A DNA stretch of 64,000 nt from Chloracidobacterium sp. (GTDB lineage Bacteria > Acidobacteriota > Blastocatellia > Pyrinomonadales > Pyrinomonadaceae), in the NCBI GenBank assembly GCA_043748725.1, contig JAYVER010000226.1:8922-72921 (forward strand), in the 5' to 3' direction. Of the stretch, positions 53,580 to 62,786 are shown in pieces. The notes under the pieces were generated by a model. That model did not search any database and was not told the DNA's origin. It saw only the letters and a list, made by a program, of their open reading frames with translations. How positions within the stretch are numbered: the stretch's first letter is position 1; the number at the start of each line of letters is the position of its first letter. The position numbers and the translations under genes were made by a program.

Positions 53580-54599
53580 ATGCTCAAACGCTACATGCAC
53601 AACCGTGAACGGCATTTTGCGATGCTTAACGACAACCGCGTAGTGCATCCGTTTGACTGGGGCACTGAATTTATCAGCGATCACGCGAATGGCGACGATC
53701 CGCGAAAGGTCTTTAGCGATTATTCGAAGTGGGCGGTTAAGCACAGCGATGAATTTTTCTTTTCGCCGGAGATTTCAGATTTTAAATTAGAACTTGACCG
53801 GTTAACCTGGACAAGCGCAATCGCCACACCCTCTGTCGAAAACAACACTGTTTACGCCAAATATTTCCCAAACGGAAAAAACTGCAAATCCGCCGTGCTG
53901 GTCCTGCCGCACTGGAACGCTAAGGCCGGAACGTATTTCGATCTCTGCAAAATATTCAACCGCATCGGTATTTCGGCATTGAGGCTGACGCTGCCATATC
54001 ACGAAGAACGCATGCCGCCGGAACTTGAGCGTGCCGACTATATGGTGGCCCCAAATGTCGGTCTCACTCTGCAATCGCTGCGCCAGGCAACTGTTGACAC
54101 ACGCTCAGCCGTCCGATGGCTCAAACAGCAGGGTTATGAAAAGATCGGGATCGTCGGCACGAGCATCGGTTCGTGTATCGGATTTTTCGCCTTTGTCCAC
54201 GATATGCAGATCAACGCAGCGGTTTTCAACCATGTTTCCGGCTACCCGGCCGACATCGTTTGGCACGGCCTCTCGACCTATCACGTAAAACAGGGCATCG
54301 GCGACAATCTCAACCTCGATGAGCTTCGCGAATACTGGCTGCCGATCTCGCCTATGTCGTATATCGAGCGGCTCTCAAATCTCCCGCCGCGTCCGCAGCG
54401 TTATATTTATACACTCTATGACCTCAGCTTCCCACTCAATTTATCGCTTGACACAATGGCAGCGCTAAAAAAGCACAAGATAAAACACAGCCGATCCGCC
54501 ATCCCTTGCGGCCACTACACCCTCGGCGAAATACCCTGGGTCTATCTCGATGGCTATAAGATCGTGTCGTTTTTGCGGAAACATCTTCGCGCTCGTTAG
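53580..54599 (+). CDS. alpha/beta-hydrolase fold protein
   Basis: GTSIGS nucleophile elbow. Confidence 0.7.
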   Translation: MLKRYMHNRERHFAMLNDNRVVHPFDWGTEFISDHANGDDPRKVFSDYSKWAVKHSDEFFFSPEISDFKLELDRLTWTSAIATPSVENNTVYAKYFPNGKNCKSAVLVLPHWNAKAGTYFDLCKIFNRIGISALRLTLPYHEERMPPELERADYMVAPNVGLTLQSLRQATVDTRSAVRWLKQQGYEKIGIVGTSIGSCIGFFAFVHDMQINAAVFNHVSGYPADIVWHGLSTYHVKQGIGDNLNLDELREYWLPISPMSYIERLSNLPPRPQRYIYTLYDLSFPLNLSLDTMAALKKHKIKHSRSAIPCGHYTLGEIPWVYLDGYKIVSFLRKHLRAR

Positions 54600-54632
54600 C
54601 AAGGGTGGATTTGATTTTGGTCAGTCAAGATG

Positions 54633-54660
54633 CACCCTCCCTTACGGTCGGGTTTCTGAC
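54633..54660 (-). repeat. GTCAGAA-headed dispersed repeat copy (degenerate)
   Basis: The reverse complement reads gtcagaaacccgaccgtaagggagggtg. Confidence 0.45.
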
Positions 54661-54723
54661 GACGAACAACTCTATCCATTCCAGATTACATCCAATCAAT
54701 GCTAAAATCTTGTCAACTTTTGC

Positions 54724-55674
54724 ATGAGTCCGATTGCCGAGAAGCACAAAAATACGGTTAAAGAAGCGATAGAGCATCTGATCTCTCGCGCTGAAAATGC
54801 GCGAGGGCTGCACGGCTCGAATTTATCAACGCGTGTCGCGGCGACGCTCGAAAAATATCTCTTTTGTAATAACACCGACGCGGCAAATGCTGAGATCAAA
54901 GAGTTTATCGATGAGATCAGAGCAGACGACCTGTGTCTGATCGTCGCCTGCGAACGCGGCGACGAAAAGGCTTGGGAAGACCTCGTCGCAAATTTTGACT
55001 CTACTGTAAAGTCAGCCGCTCGAAAAATCTCGTCCAATCAGGAAGACGCCGAGGATCTTGCCGGTTCGATCTGGGCCGAGCTTTACGGTCTACGGACAGA
55101 TGCCGACGGCAATAAAAAGAGCAAGCTCGCGTATTATTCCGGCCGAGGGAGCCTGGCCGGTTGGCTGCGGGCGGTTGTCTCGCAGCTTGCGGTCGATCAA
55201 TTTCGCAAGCAGTCTAAATTTGTCCAAATCGAAGAGGATCGCGAGTTCGAAAATCTCGCAAACGAGGCCGCCGGCAGCGACCACAATCATTTTGCCTCGC
55301 ACGGCGAAAATCCCGAGGAGCTTTTCGCGCTCGACGAGGCCGAATCGGACGTGTCCGATGCACTACAAGCCTCGATCGCCGATCTTGAGGCCGAAGACCG
55401 GCTGATATTAAAGCTATATTATTTTGACGACCTGAAATTAAAGGACATCGCGGCGACGTTTGGCTATCACGAGGCGACCGCCAGCCGCAAGCTGACGCGT
55501 GTCCAGGCAGAGATTAGAAAAGGCGTCGAAAAAAACCTTCGCACACGTCACGGCTGGAGCGAAAGCGAGGTAAAACGGCATTTGTCCGACACGGCGGCGA
55601 GTCTGGGATTGAATATCGAAACGATGTTCGCTGTGCTGACGCTTGCCGTATTTTTGCAAGATTTTTGGACATGA
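54724..55674 (+). CDS. sigma-70 family (ECF-like) RNA polymerase sigma factor with an N-terminal extension
   Basis: Region 2-like segment (EDAEDLAGSIWAELY) and region 4 HTH (LKDIAATFGYHEATASRKLTRVQ). Confidence 0.8.
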   Translation: MSPIAEKHKNTVKEAIEHLISRAENARGLHGSNLSTRVAATLEKYLFCNNTDAANAEIKEFIDEIRADDLCLIVACERGDEKAWEDLVANFDSTVKSAARKISSNQEDAEDLAGSIWAELYGLRTDADGNKKSKLAYYSGRGSLAGWLRAVVSQLAVDQFRKQSKFVQIEEDREFENLANEAAGSDHNHFASHGENPEELFALDEAESDVSDALQASIADLEAEDRLILKLYYFDDLKLKDIAATFGYHEATASRKLTRVQAEIRKGVEKNLRTRHGWSESEVKRHLSDTAASLGLNIETMFAVLTLAVFLQDFWT

Positions 55675-55707
55675 GGCGTTCAGTTAGTGGGTTACGAAAA
55701 CCTGTAA

Positions 55708-55815
55708 CCACAGAGATATTTGAAATTAACAGGGATAAAAAGGATAAAGGAGATTTTTTTGGTTTTTCCTAATATCCCGCTTTATCCCCTCAATCCCTGT
55801 TAATTTTCTCTGTGG
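55708..55815. repeat. long imperfect inverted repeat with GGGATA / ATCCC words between the sigma and anti-sigma genes
   Basis: ccacagagatatttgaaattaacagggataaaaaggataaagg ... atcccgctttatcccctcaatccctgttaattttctctgtgg. Confidence 0.88.
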
Positions 55816-55822
55816 CTAATAA

Positions 55823-56992
55823 ATGATGGAATTGGAATTCGACAAAGAAATTGATGCGATCCTGCGGAAAGCGCGGGCTCCGGTAGGTGCGGCTGGATCG
55901 GCTGTCACTTCCGGTCACCTCGATGCCGACACGGTCGCCGCATTCGCGGAAAACGCTTTGCCTATAAAGGCACTGCAACTCTATACCGAGCATTTCGCTG
56001 ATTGTGACCGGTGTCGAAAACTGCTCTTGCAAGCAATTCTGACAAACACCGAGGCTGTGGCGACGACAGCTTCGGCTGTTTCGGCACCCGCCGTCGAAGC
56101 GGTGATGCCGTGGTACGGCAAACTTTTCCGGACGCCAAATCTCGCCCTAGCAATAGGAGCGTTGGTGCTCGCGTTCAGCTGCGTTCTTGGCTATCTCGCT
56201 TTGCAAAACCGGAACAGCTCGAAAAATGCAGACGTTGCGCTAGTTACGGAGCCGGCGCAATCTAAGGGTGGGCCGTATTACAGCGGCGAGTCCTCGGCGA
56301 ATGCCTCTAATTCTAATGCCGCCGGCGCTACAAATTCGATGGCGAATGCTGCGAATATCCCGACGACAAATGCACCGGCCATTCCATCCGCGATGTCAAA
56401 TCCTGCTTCGAACACGACTGCAAACGCGATGGGACGCGCCGATTCGACCACGGGCGCAGGACAGCCTGAAAAAGAACGGGGCTTTGCGTTGGACGGTGTG
56501 ACCGCCGAGGCTCCAAAACCCGCAACCGCGGCTCCGCCTAAACCGGTAGATCAGCCCCTCGCGGATCGCGATGAGAGAAAGGCTGGCGACGACAAGACGA
56601 AAGACAACAAGATGAAAGAAGAGATCAACGATCTCGCGCTCTCGAAACAATCGACCGAATCGAGAATGGCCCGCGAAGCTGTGCCGCCCTCAGCCAAAAA
56701 AACCGGCCCAAATCGAGCGTCCGGCCCGCGTCAAAATCAAAATACGCAGAACGAGATGTCCAATCAAATTGCCGCAGGCATGCTTTCCGCCGGGAAAACT
56801 GTCGGCGGAAAGACGTTCGAAAACCGCAATGGCGCCTGGTACGACCGGGCTTATCACGGCCAGGCCACAACTGACGTCCGGCGAGCTACTGACGCCTACA
56901 AAAAGCTCGACAGGGGCCTTCGCGTCATTGCCGAAGCCGTCGGGGGAACGGTCGTTGTCGTTTGGAAAAACAAGGCTTACCGCATTCAGTAA
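55823..56992 (+). CDS. anti-sigma factor (zf-HC2-like N-terminus, one TM segment, low-complexity periplasmic region)
   Basis: The HFADCDRCRKLL motif and a TM segment are present, and the gene sits directly after the sigma factor gene. Confidence 0.7.
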   Translation: MMELEFDKEIDAILRKARAPVGAAGSAVTSGHLDADTVAAFAENALPIKALQLYTEHFADCDRCRKLLLQAILTNTEAVATTASAVSAPAVEAVMPWYGKLFRTPNLALAIGALVLAFSCVLGYLALQNRNSSKNADVALVTEPAQSKGGPYYSGESSANASNSNAAGATNSMANAANIPTTNAPAIPSAMSNPASNTTANAMGRADSTTGAGQPEKERGFALDGVTAEAPKPATAAPPKPVDQPLADRDERKAGDDKTKDNKMKEEINDLALSKQSTESRMAREAVPPSAKKTGPNRASGPRQNQNTQNEMSNQIAAGMLSAGKTVGGKTFENRNGAWYDRAYHGQATTDVRRATDAYKKLDRGLRVIAEAVGGTVVVVWKNKAYRIQ

Positions 56993-57031
56993 ATATTCCC
57001 TTTTCCCTACCAATCGGGTTAGTATTAAATA

Positions 57032-58900
57032 ATGAAATCAGCCGTTTTGCTTTTGTGCTGTCTGTGCTTTATCGCGATTAACATCGTTGCTCAGCCTGCC
57101 TGGCAGACAAATCTTGATTCGCGTGTCAGGTTTTATCAGACAACAGATTTCGGCGTCGTTTTGGCCGGCACCGAAAAGAGCCTTTATGCTATCGACGGCC
57201 AGACCGGCGAGCGGATATGGCGCCGTGCGACTGGAAAGATCGAGGAAACGGCGGTCACACCTATTCCCGATACCGATCTCATTTTGTTTTCGCACGACCT
57301 CGGCAAAAAATCGCGGATCGAGGCCGTTGACCTGCTCTCAGGCGCGACAATCTGGCAAAGTGAGAAGGTCAAGGGCGATGTTATGCAGCTCGCCGTCGAT
57401 CCGGAAAACGATCTTATTGCCGTTGTTCTGGTCAAAGACCCACGTGGAAAATCGGGCAAAGAATTCAAGAAAAAGCCGATCATTCACGTGCTTCAGCTTT
57501 CGACGGGCGAAGAGTTGTGGAAACGCGATTTCGACGGCGACATCGAGATGATGCCTTCGCGGTTTGGCGACGACCTAGGCGACGTCAATTACGCGCTGGA
57601 TAATTACCGGGCGCCTCTATTCCTCGATGGCCGCCTGTTTCTCTTTTACGAGGGAGCGGCCAGCTACGACGCCCGAACCGGCAAAGAAAAAGTGCGGGAT
57701 AAGTTCAAGATCAACGAAAATGGCCTCGCTCTCACTGAGGCCGATCCTGTTTTTGACGACAGGTATATTTATGTTTCAGGCCAGGGCAAAATTCGGGCCG
57801 TTGACAGGCGAACGGGAAAGGTAGATTGGACGGCAAAGGACCTCGGCATTTGCGCCGAGATGGCTCAAATCGGAACCACGCTGTACGTTCGCACCGGCGG
57901 ACAATTTACCCGGCTCAAGGACGGCGAGACGGTCGCCAAAGGCCCGTTTGGCGTTTCGGCGATCGACACCTCAAACGGCAAAACATTGTGGCGTTTCAAA
58001 GGGGCGGATAAGGGACTGACGAACTTTATCTTTGCCGACGCGAATAACATCCTGATCGCCGACAAGGACGATCTGATCACGATCGACGCGCGCAGCGGAA
58101 AGCGTGTCCAAAAGCGCAGCCACCGGATCACAGAAGCCCAGTTCGTTATCTTAAACGAGAGCGGCCAGGCCGTCGTTGGCGGGCGAAACGAGATCGCGGC
58201 GTTTGCCCCGGGAGATGCTAAACGGCCGGAGATCTGGCGAGTGCGGCACACCGCACCGGCCCGGGGAGTTTTGCGTGTTGTCGCCGGAATCGCGCTTCGG
58301 GCGACAGCGATTTATTTTCGATACGGCGGGCTTGCAACATCCGCTCTCGGCGTCGCACGCGGCGGACTCAACCTCGCCGGAGCAATTAATTCGTTTCGGT
58401 GGTCGGGCTTGAGATCGCGTTTCGGCTCGCTCGATCTGACAACGCTTGCGAGCAACGCGGCAAAGAACTGCGTTTCGCGGCGAATTTACGCTTATGGATC
58501 AATTGCCCGGACCCCAGGCGTCTTAAATCGTTTTAACGGTCTCCAGATTCAGCGGCCACAGGTCGATCTGCCTGGCCGCGTCACGCCGTCAAAAGCGGAT
58601 GTGCAGGACAGCCTGCTTGACCGGCTCGATCCGACGCATCAAGCCGAGAAGCTTTCCGGCTATCTGCTTCGACGCGAGCGGCTCGCCGAGCTTCGGGGAA
58701 ATTTTATGTATTATTACACCGATCTGAAAAAACCGTTCGACAGAAAGGGGTTGGTCGGCGTCAATGTCACGACGGGCGAGGACGCAAGGTTTTTTTTAGT
58801 CTCACAACCGGATTCGGATTTCATCATTGATGAAACGGCCGGATTGCTTTATTCGTCAGACGGCAGCCACCTGCAGGCTTTTGATGCGATTCAACAATAA
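57032..58900 (+). CDS. secreted PQQ-like (BamB-type) beta-propeller repeat protein with a large insert
   Basis: Repeated YAIDGQTGERIWR / AVDLLSGATIWQ / AVDRRTGKVDWT / AIDTSNGKTLWRF motifs. Confidence 0.75.
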   Translation: MKSAVLLLCCLCFIAINIVAQPAWQTNLDSRVRFYQTTDFGVVLAGTEKSLYAIDGQTGERIWRRATGKIEETAVTPIPDTDLILFSHDLGKKSRIEAVDLLSGATIWQSEKVKGDVMQLAVDPENDLIAVVLVKDPRGKSGKEFKKKPIIHVLQLSTGEELWKRDFDGDIEMMPSRFGDDLGDVNYALDNYRAPLFLDGRLFLFYEGAASYDARTGKEKVRDKFKINENGLALTEADPVFDDRYIYVSGQGKIRAVDRRTGKVDWTAKDLGICAEMAQIGTTLYVRTGGQFTRLKDGETVAKGPFGVSAIDTSNGKTLWRFKGADKGLTNFIFADANNILIADKDDLITIDARSGKRVQKRSHRITEAQFVILNESGQAVVGGRNEIAAFAPGDAKRPEIWRVRHTAPARGVLRVVAGIALRATAIYFRYGGLATSALGVARGGLNLAGAINSFRWSGLRSRFGSLDLTTLASNAAKNCVSRRIYAYGSIARTPGVLNRFNGLQIQRPQVDLPGRVTPSKADVQDSLLDRLDPTHQAEKLSGYLLRRERLAELRGNFMYYYTDLKKPFDRKGLVGVNVTTGEDARFFLVSQPDSDFIIDETAGLLYSSDGSHLQAFDAIQQ

Positions 58901-58928
58901 AAAAGGGGCAGCCAAATGACCGCCCTTT
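58900..58928. terminator. hairpin between convergent genes (AAAGGGGC ... GCCCTTT)
   Basis: Read directly. The stem is imperfect. Confidence 0.4.
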
Positions 58929-58949
58929 ACATCTTTAATTTAACCAATA

Positions 58950-59315
58950 TCACCAATCGCGCCGCAACCGGTCACGGGCGTTGTCCAATTTACGGCGATC
59001 CTCGGCCAGTTTTTCCTGTTCTTTAGGCGTCAGATAGCCGTCCGAATTAAATTTGTACTCGTCCTTTTGGAGCCTTTTCTGTGAGCTTTCAACCGACTCA
59101 CGATCATAATACCGCTCGGCACGCTCACTGCGGTAAGGATTGTACCCGTAATTCCAAAACGGATCTCCGTAGTAGCGTCGAACGATCGGCGGACGATAAT
59201 ATCCGCGTCCGAAATGCACCCCGACGCGAACCTGTGCGGACGTGCTGACGGCCATTATTCCAAAGTACAAAACAGCCATCGAAGCTAGTAAACCAATTTT
59301 TTTAACATATCGCAT
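58950..59315 (-). CDS. hypothetical secreted Arg/Tyr-rich small protein
   Basis: ORF with a signal-peptide-like N-terminus. Confidence 0.5.
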   Translation of the reverse strand: MRYVKKIGLLASMAVLYFGIMAVSTSAQVRVGVHFGRGYYRPPIVRRYYGDPFWNYGYNPYRSERAERYYDRESVESSQKRLQKDEYKFNSDGYLTPKEQEKLAEDRRKLDNARDRLRRDW

Positions 59316-59490
59316 AATATCTCCTCGCTCGTTTATGAACTTGCCAAAACAAAGTTTGCGGTTGTTTCCGCGTTTTTTGTGGCCAATAATAAGACGTTTT
59401 GCCTTGAAACAAAGTTGAAAAATCTTGCACGTTTTTGAATGCCGATTTTTATGTTAAATTTCATATATTCGCGGGATACTCAAACCAATT

Positions 59491-60849
59491 ATGAAAATCC
59501 ATTGCATTCTTGTTGTTTCATTCGTTATGTTTGGTTCAGTTTCGTCTTTTCCTCAACGACCAAAAGAAAAACCCAATGCAGAGATCGTAAAAATGGTCAG
59601 GGAAGTATCGGCGAAAAATATCGAGGCGACAATTCGCAGGCTTGTCACATTTGGCACGCGTAACACTTTATCCGAACAGGACAATCCGACGCGCGGCATT
59701 GGAGCGGCCCGCGATTGGTTGTACGGCGAGTTTCAAAAGATCAGCGCGACGTGCGGCGGCTGCCTCGACGTACAAAAACAGACGTTTTTGCAGCCGATGG
59801 CGGCTCGCGTTCCTGAACCGACCAGCCTGACCAACATATTCGCCGTCCTTAAAGGCACAACCGACCCCGATCGCGTCTATATAGTCTCCGGCCATTACGA
59901 TTCGATGTGCAATCTGGACGCGAGAGACGCGAAATGCGATGCGCCGGGTGCAAACGACGACGCTTCGGGGACTGCGACGTCTTTGGAACTTGCCCGCGTT
60001 ATGTCAAAACGAAAATTTGACGCGACGATCATTTTTATGACCGTGCCGGGCGAGGAGCAGGGACTGCTCGGTGCAACATATTTTGCTGAACAGGCAAAGC
60101 TCGCAAAGATGAATATCGAGGCGATGTTTACCAACGACATTATCGGCGGCGTTACAAGTTATAAAAACGCGCCTGACCGGCAAACTGTCCGCGTTTTTGC
60201 CGAGGGCGTCCCGTCAAACGAAACCGAAGCGGAAGCAGCGTCACGCCGAAGCGTCGGCGGCGAAAACGATTCGGCCTCGCGGCAACTTGGGCGATATATC
60301 AAAGAACAAGCCGACATATATTCGCCGAAATTTCGTGTGACGCTCGTTTATCGACGCGACCGCTACGGGCGCGGCGGCGACCATATTCCGTTTCTCGAAC
60401 GCGGATTCGCGGCCGTCCGCTTTACCGAACCGCACGAAGATTATATCCACCAGCACCAGAGCGTAAAGATCGTGGACGGCAAACAATACGGCGATCTGCC
60501 CGAGTTTGTCGATTTCGAATACACGGCAAACGTCGCCCGCATCAACCTGATCGCCCTGGCCAGCCTTGCACTCGCGCCTGCCAAGCCAAAAAATGTTGTC
60601 GTCGATACTAAACGCTTAACAAACGACACCGACCTCAAATGGGATGCAAACACCGACACCGACATTGCGGGATACGATGTTGTCTGGCGCGACACCACTT
60701 CCGCGTTCTGGACAAACTCGCTGTTTGTAGGGAATGTAACAACCTACACCGCAAAGGAAATGTCAAAGGACAATTATTTCTTCGGCGTCCGAGCGATCGA
60801 TAGAAGCGGCAACCGGAGCCCGGTCGTTTATCCACGCTCCGGTCGTTAA
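59491..60849 (+). CDS. M28-family metallopeptidase with a C-terminal FN3-like domain
   Basis: SGHYDS...GANDDASGTA...PGEEQGLLG...GGDHIPF metal ligand motifs. Confidence 0.88.
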   Translation: MKIHCILVVSFVMFGSVSSFPQRPKEKPNAEIVKMVREVSAKNIEATIRRLVTFGTRNTLSEQDNPTRGIGAARDWLYGEFQKISATCGGCLDVQKQTFLQPMAARVPEPTSLTNIFAVLKGTTDPDRVYIVSGHYDSMCNLDARDAKCDAPGANDDASGTATSLELARVMSKRKFDATIIFMTVPGEEQGLLGATYFAEQAKLAKMNIEAMFTNDIIGGVTSYKNAPDRQTVRVFAEGVPSNETEAEAASRRSVGGENDSASRQLGRYIKEQADIYSPKFRVTLVYRRDRYGRGGDHIPFLERGFAAVRFTEPHEDYIHQHQSVKIVDGKQYGDLPEFVDFEYTANVARINLIALASLALAPAKPKNVVVDTKRLTNDTDLKWDANTDTDIAGYDVVWRDTTSAFWTNSLFVGNVTTYTAKEMSKDNYFFGVRAIDRSGNRSPVVYPRSGR

Positions 60850-60867
60850 ATCTGCGTTAAACGAGCA

Positions 60868-61248
60868 TCAATTCTTTTCCAAAATGACTTCCGCGAGGGC
60901 ATGATCCGTCGTGTGTGAGATCGAAAGATGTACTCGGTCGGCTCCGCGTTTTTTAAGTATCTTATTTGCTTCGCCGTGTATTTTTAGTGATGGAGCGCCT
61001 TGGCTGTCCGAAACGACCTCGATATCCTGCCACGTTATCTTGCCGCGCCAGCCGGTCTTTAAGGCTTTCAGAAAGGCTTCTTTGGCGGCAAATCTCCCGG
61101 CGTAGGATTGAGCCGCCGTGACGCCTTTGGCCTCGCAAAACGCGCGCTCATCCGGCGTAAACACACGCTCGGCAAAACGCGGAGTTCTGGCGATGGCCTG
61201 GCGTATGCGATAAACTTCCGTTATGTCGATGCCGATGGAAAGTATCAT
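60868..61248 (-). CDS. acpS: holo-[acyl-carrier-protein] synthase
   Basis: MILSIGIDITEVYRI...AAKEAFLKA. The start was set at ATG 61248. Confidence 0.92.
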   Translation of the reverse strand: MILSIGIDITEVYRIRQAIARTPRFAERVFTPDERAFCEAKGVTAAQSYAGRFAAKEAFLKALKTGWRGKITWQDIEVVSDSQGAPSLKIHGEANKILKKRGADRVHLSISHTTDHALAEVILEKN

Positions 61249-62110
61249 AAAACAGCAGTCAGCAGTCAGCAATCAGCAGTCAGACGCCGAACGTCAAATT
61301 CTAACCGAAACAGGCTTCTTTTGGCGAGAACGCGATGGCGTTAGAGTGTTGGTATGCCGCGATCTGGAAGATGCGGGTTTTGTAAATGGGTTTTCGACGC
61401 GAATCGGCGGCGTTTCGCCGTTTCCCAATGACGACCTGAATCTCGCCGGTTTTGACGAAGACCCAGCCGCGAATATTGCCGAAAACCGGCGGCGTTTTCT
61501 CGCGGTTTTCGGCGGTGAAATGCAGCTGGCAACCGTCTGGCAGGTTCATGGGCACGCGATCAAAACCATCAAAGACATGGCGGAAATTGGTAGTTCCGAC
61601 GAGCGGGCGGACGCGATTGTTTCTGATCTAAGCGGCTTTTTCGTCGGTGTAAAAACTGCGGATTGTGTGCCGATACTGATCGGTGATCCGAGAAGCGGAG
61701 CATTTGCAGCTGTCCACGCGGGTTGGCGTGGCACGGCGCAATCAATTGTGAAAAAGGCGGTTACGAGAATGAGCGATATTTACGGCACGGACCAGAAAAA
61801 CCTGATCTGTGCAATCGGCCCGGCGGCAAGCGGCTGCAACTATGAGATAGGCGGGGATGTGATCAACGCATTCGCTGAAAATTTTGCAAACAGCGAAAAG
61901 TATCTCAGCCCGACCCGCGACGGACACGCTCTGGTCGATCTTCACCTCGCCAATCGCGATCAATTGATCGACCTTGGCGTGCGGGATGAAAACATCTTTA
62001 CAGCCCCGTTCTGCACGATTGAGCGACCTGATCTTTTCTTTTCTTACCGCTTGGAAAAAAGGAAATACGGCAAAACCGGCCGTCTTTTATCCGTCATCGG
62101 CCGTCGTTAG
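61223..62110 (+). CDS. pgeF: peptidoglycan editing factor PgeF (YfiH / laccase-domain, DUF152)
   Basis: GFSTRIGGVS...VHGH...VKTADCVPIL...VHAGWRGT. The start codon is uncertain. Confidence 0.88.
   Translation: MSMPMESIIKQQSAVSNQQSDAERQILTETGFFWRERDGVRVLVCRDLEDAGFVNGFSTRIGGVSPFPNDDLNLAGFDEDPAANIAENRRRFLAVFGGEMQLATVWQVHGHAIKTIKDMAEIGSSDERADAIVSDLSGFFVGVKTADCVPILIGDPRSGAFAAVHAGWRGTAQSIVKKAVTRMSDIYGTDQKNLICAIGPAASGCNYEIGGDVINAFAENFANSEKYLSPTRDGHALVDLHLANRDQLIDLGVRDENIFTAPFCTIERPDLFFSYRLEKRKYGKTGRLLSVIGRR
61253..61280. repeat. tandem heptamer (CAGCAGT)x4, third unit CAGCAAT
   Basis: Read directly at the acpS/pgeF divergent junction. Confidence 0.95.
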
Positions 62111-62145
62111 CTACTATCTAAAGGCCCGTGCATCACCCACCAAAT

Positions 62146-62240
62146 CTCTGCGATACTTTGCGTAAAACTCGGCGAGCTCTCTCGTTTAATCAGATTTTTA
62201 ACGCTGAGACCGCTGAGTCGGACGCAGAGATCACGGAGAC
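62146..62240. repeat. inverted pair of phased arrays (CTCTGCG-type words, then CGCTGAG/CGCAGAG words)
   Basis: Left words start at 62146, 62156, 62168 and 62177. Right words start at 62202, 62211, 62223 and 62234. It lies between convergent genes. Confidence 0.85.
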
Positions 62241-62269
62241 GAATATGCGTGGCACGATCAACGCTGCTG

Positions 62270-62743
62270 CTATCTCACCCTGGTCGTCAGCGTAACTTCT
62301 TTTGATTTGGGCGGATAACATACTTGATTGGTGCAAGCCTGATATTTGACCACGACGCGAACCGGCACCGAATTTCCCTTAAAACCCGCCGGGACGGTCA
62401 CATTAAATCCAAACGACACGCGGCCTTCGTACACGTTTAGCGCCTGTTCGGAAAACTCGAATTTGCGGTTATGCCCGCGCGGATAGCTGACCGATCCTAT
62501 CCTCGCTCCGTTTGAGGTTGCACGAACCGTGGTGGCGATGGCATATTCGCCGCTTGGCCGATTCGAATTCACATGCAGGCCGCCGGGAATGTTCAAAACG
62601 ACCATCGCCCGCGCCGGTGTGCCGCGGGTAACTGTTCCGTTTCCGATGGAGCCGCTGACGCTCTGGGCGTCAATATTTGTGAAATAGCCCGCTATCGCGA
62701 TCACGCCCGCCAAAATGCCAACTTTCATTATCTGTTTCATCAT
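62270..62743 (-). CDS. secreted DsbD N-terminal-domain-like protein
   Basis: Signal peptide, and a C-terminal YQACTNQVCYPP motif typical of DsbD_N-like domains. Confidence 0.6.
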   Translation of the reverse strand: MMKQIMKVGILAGVIAIAGYFTNIDAQSVSGSIGNGTVTRGTPARAMVVLNIPGGLHVNSNRPSGEYAIATTVRATSNGARIGSVSYPRGHNRKFEFSEQALNVYEGRVSFGFNVTVPAGFKGNSVPVRVVVKYQACTNQVCYPPKSKEVTLTTRVR

Positions 62744-62786
62744 AAAATTTCCTAATAAACTAATGCCTTGTAAGATGAGTTTTATT

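Noticed and set aside
58900-58928. Strong intrinsic terminator between the beta-propeller gene and the 121-aa gene
   Set aside because: It is kept only as a low-confidence feature. The stem is short with a bulge, and the flanking A/T runs are modest.
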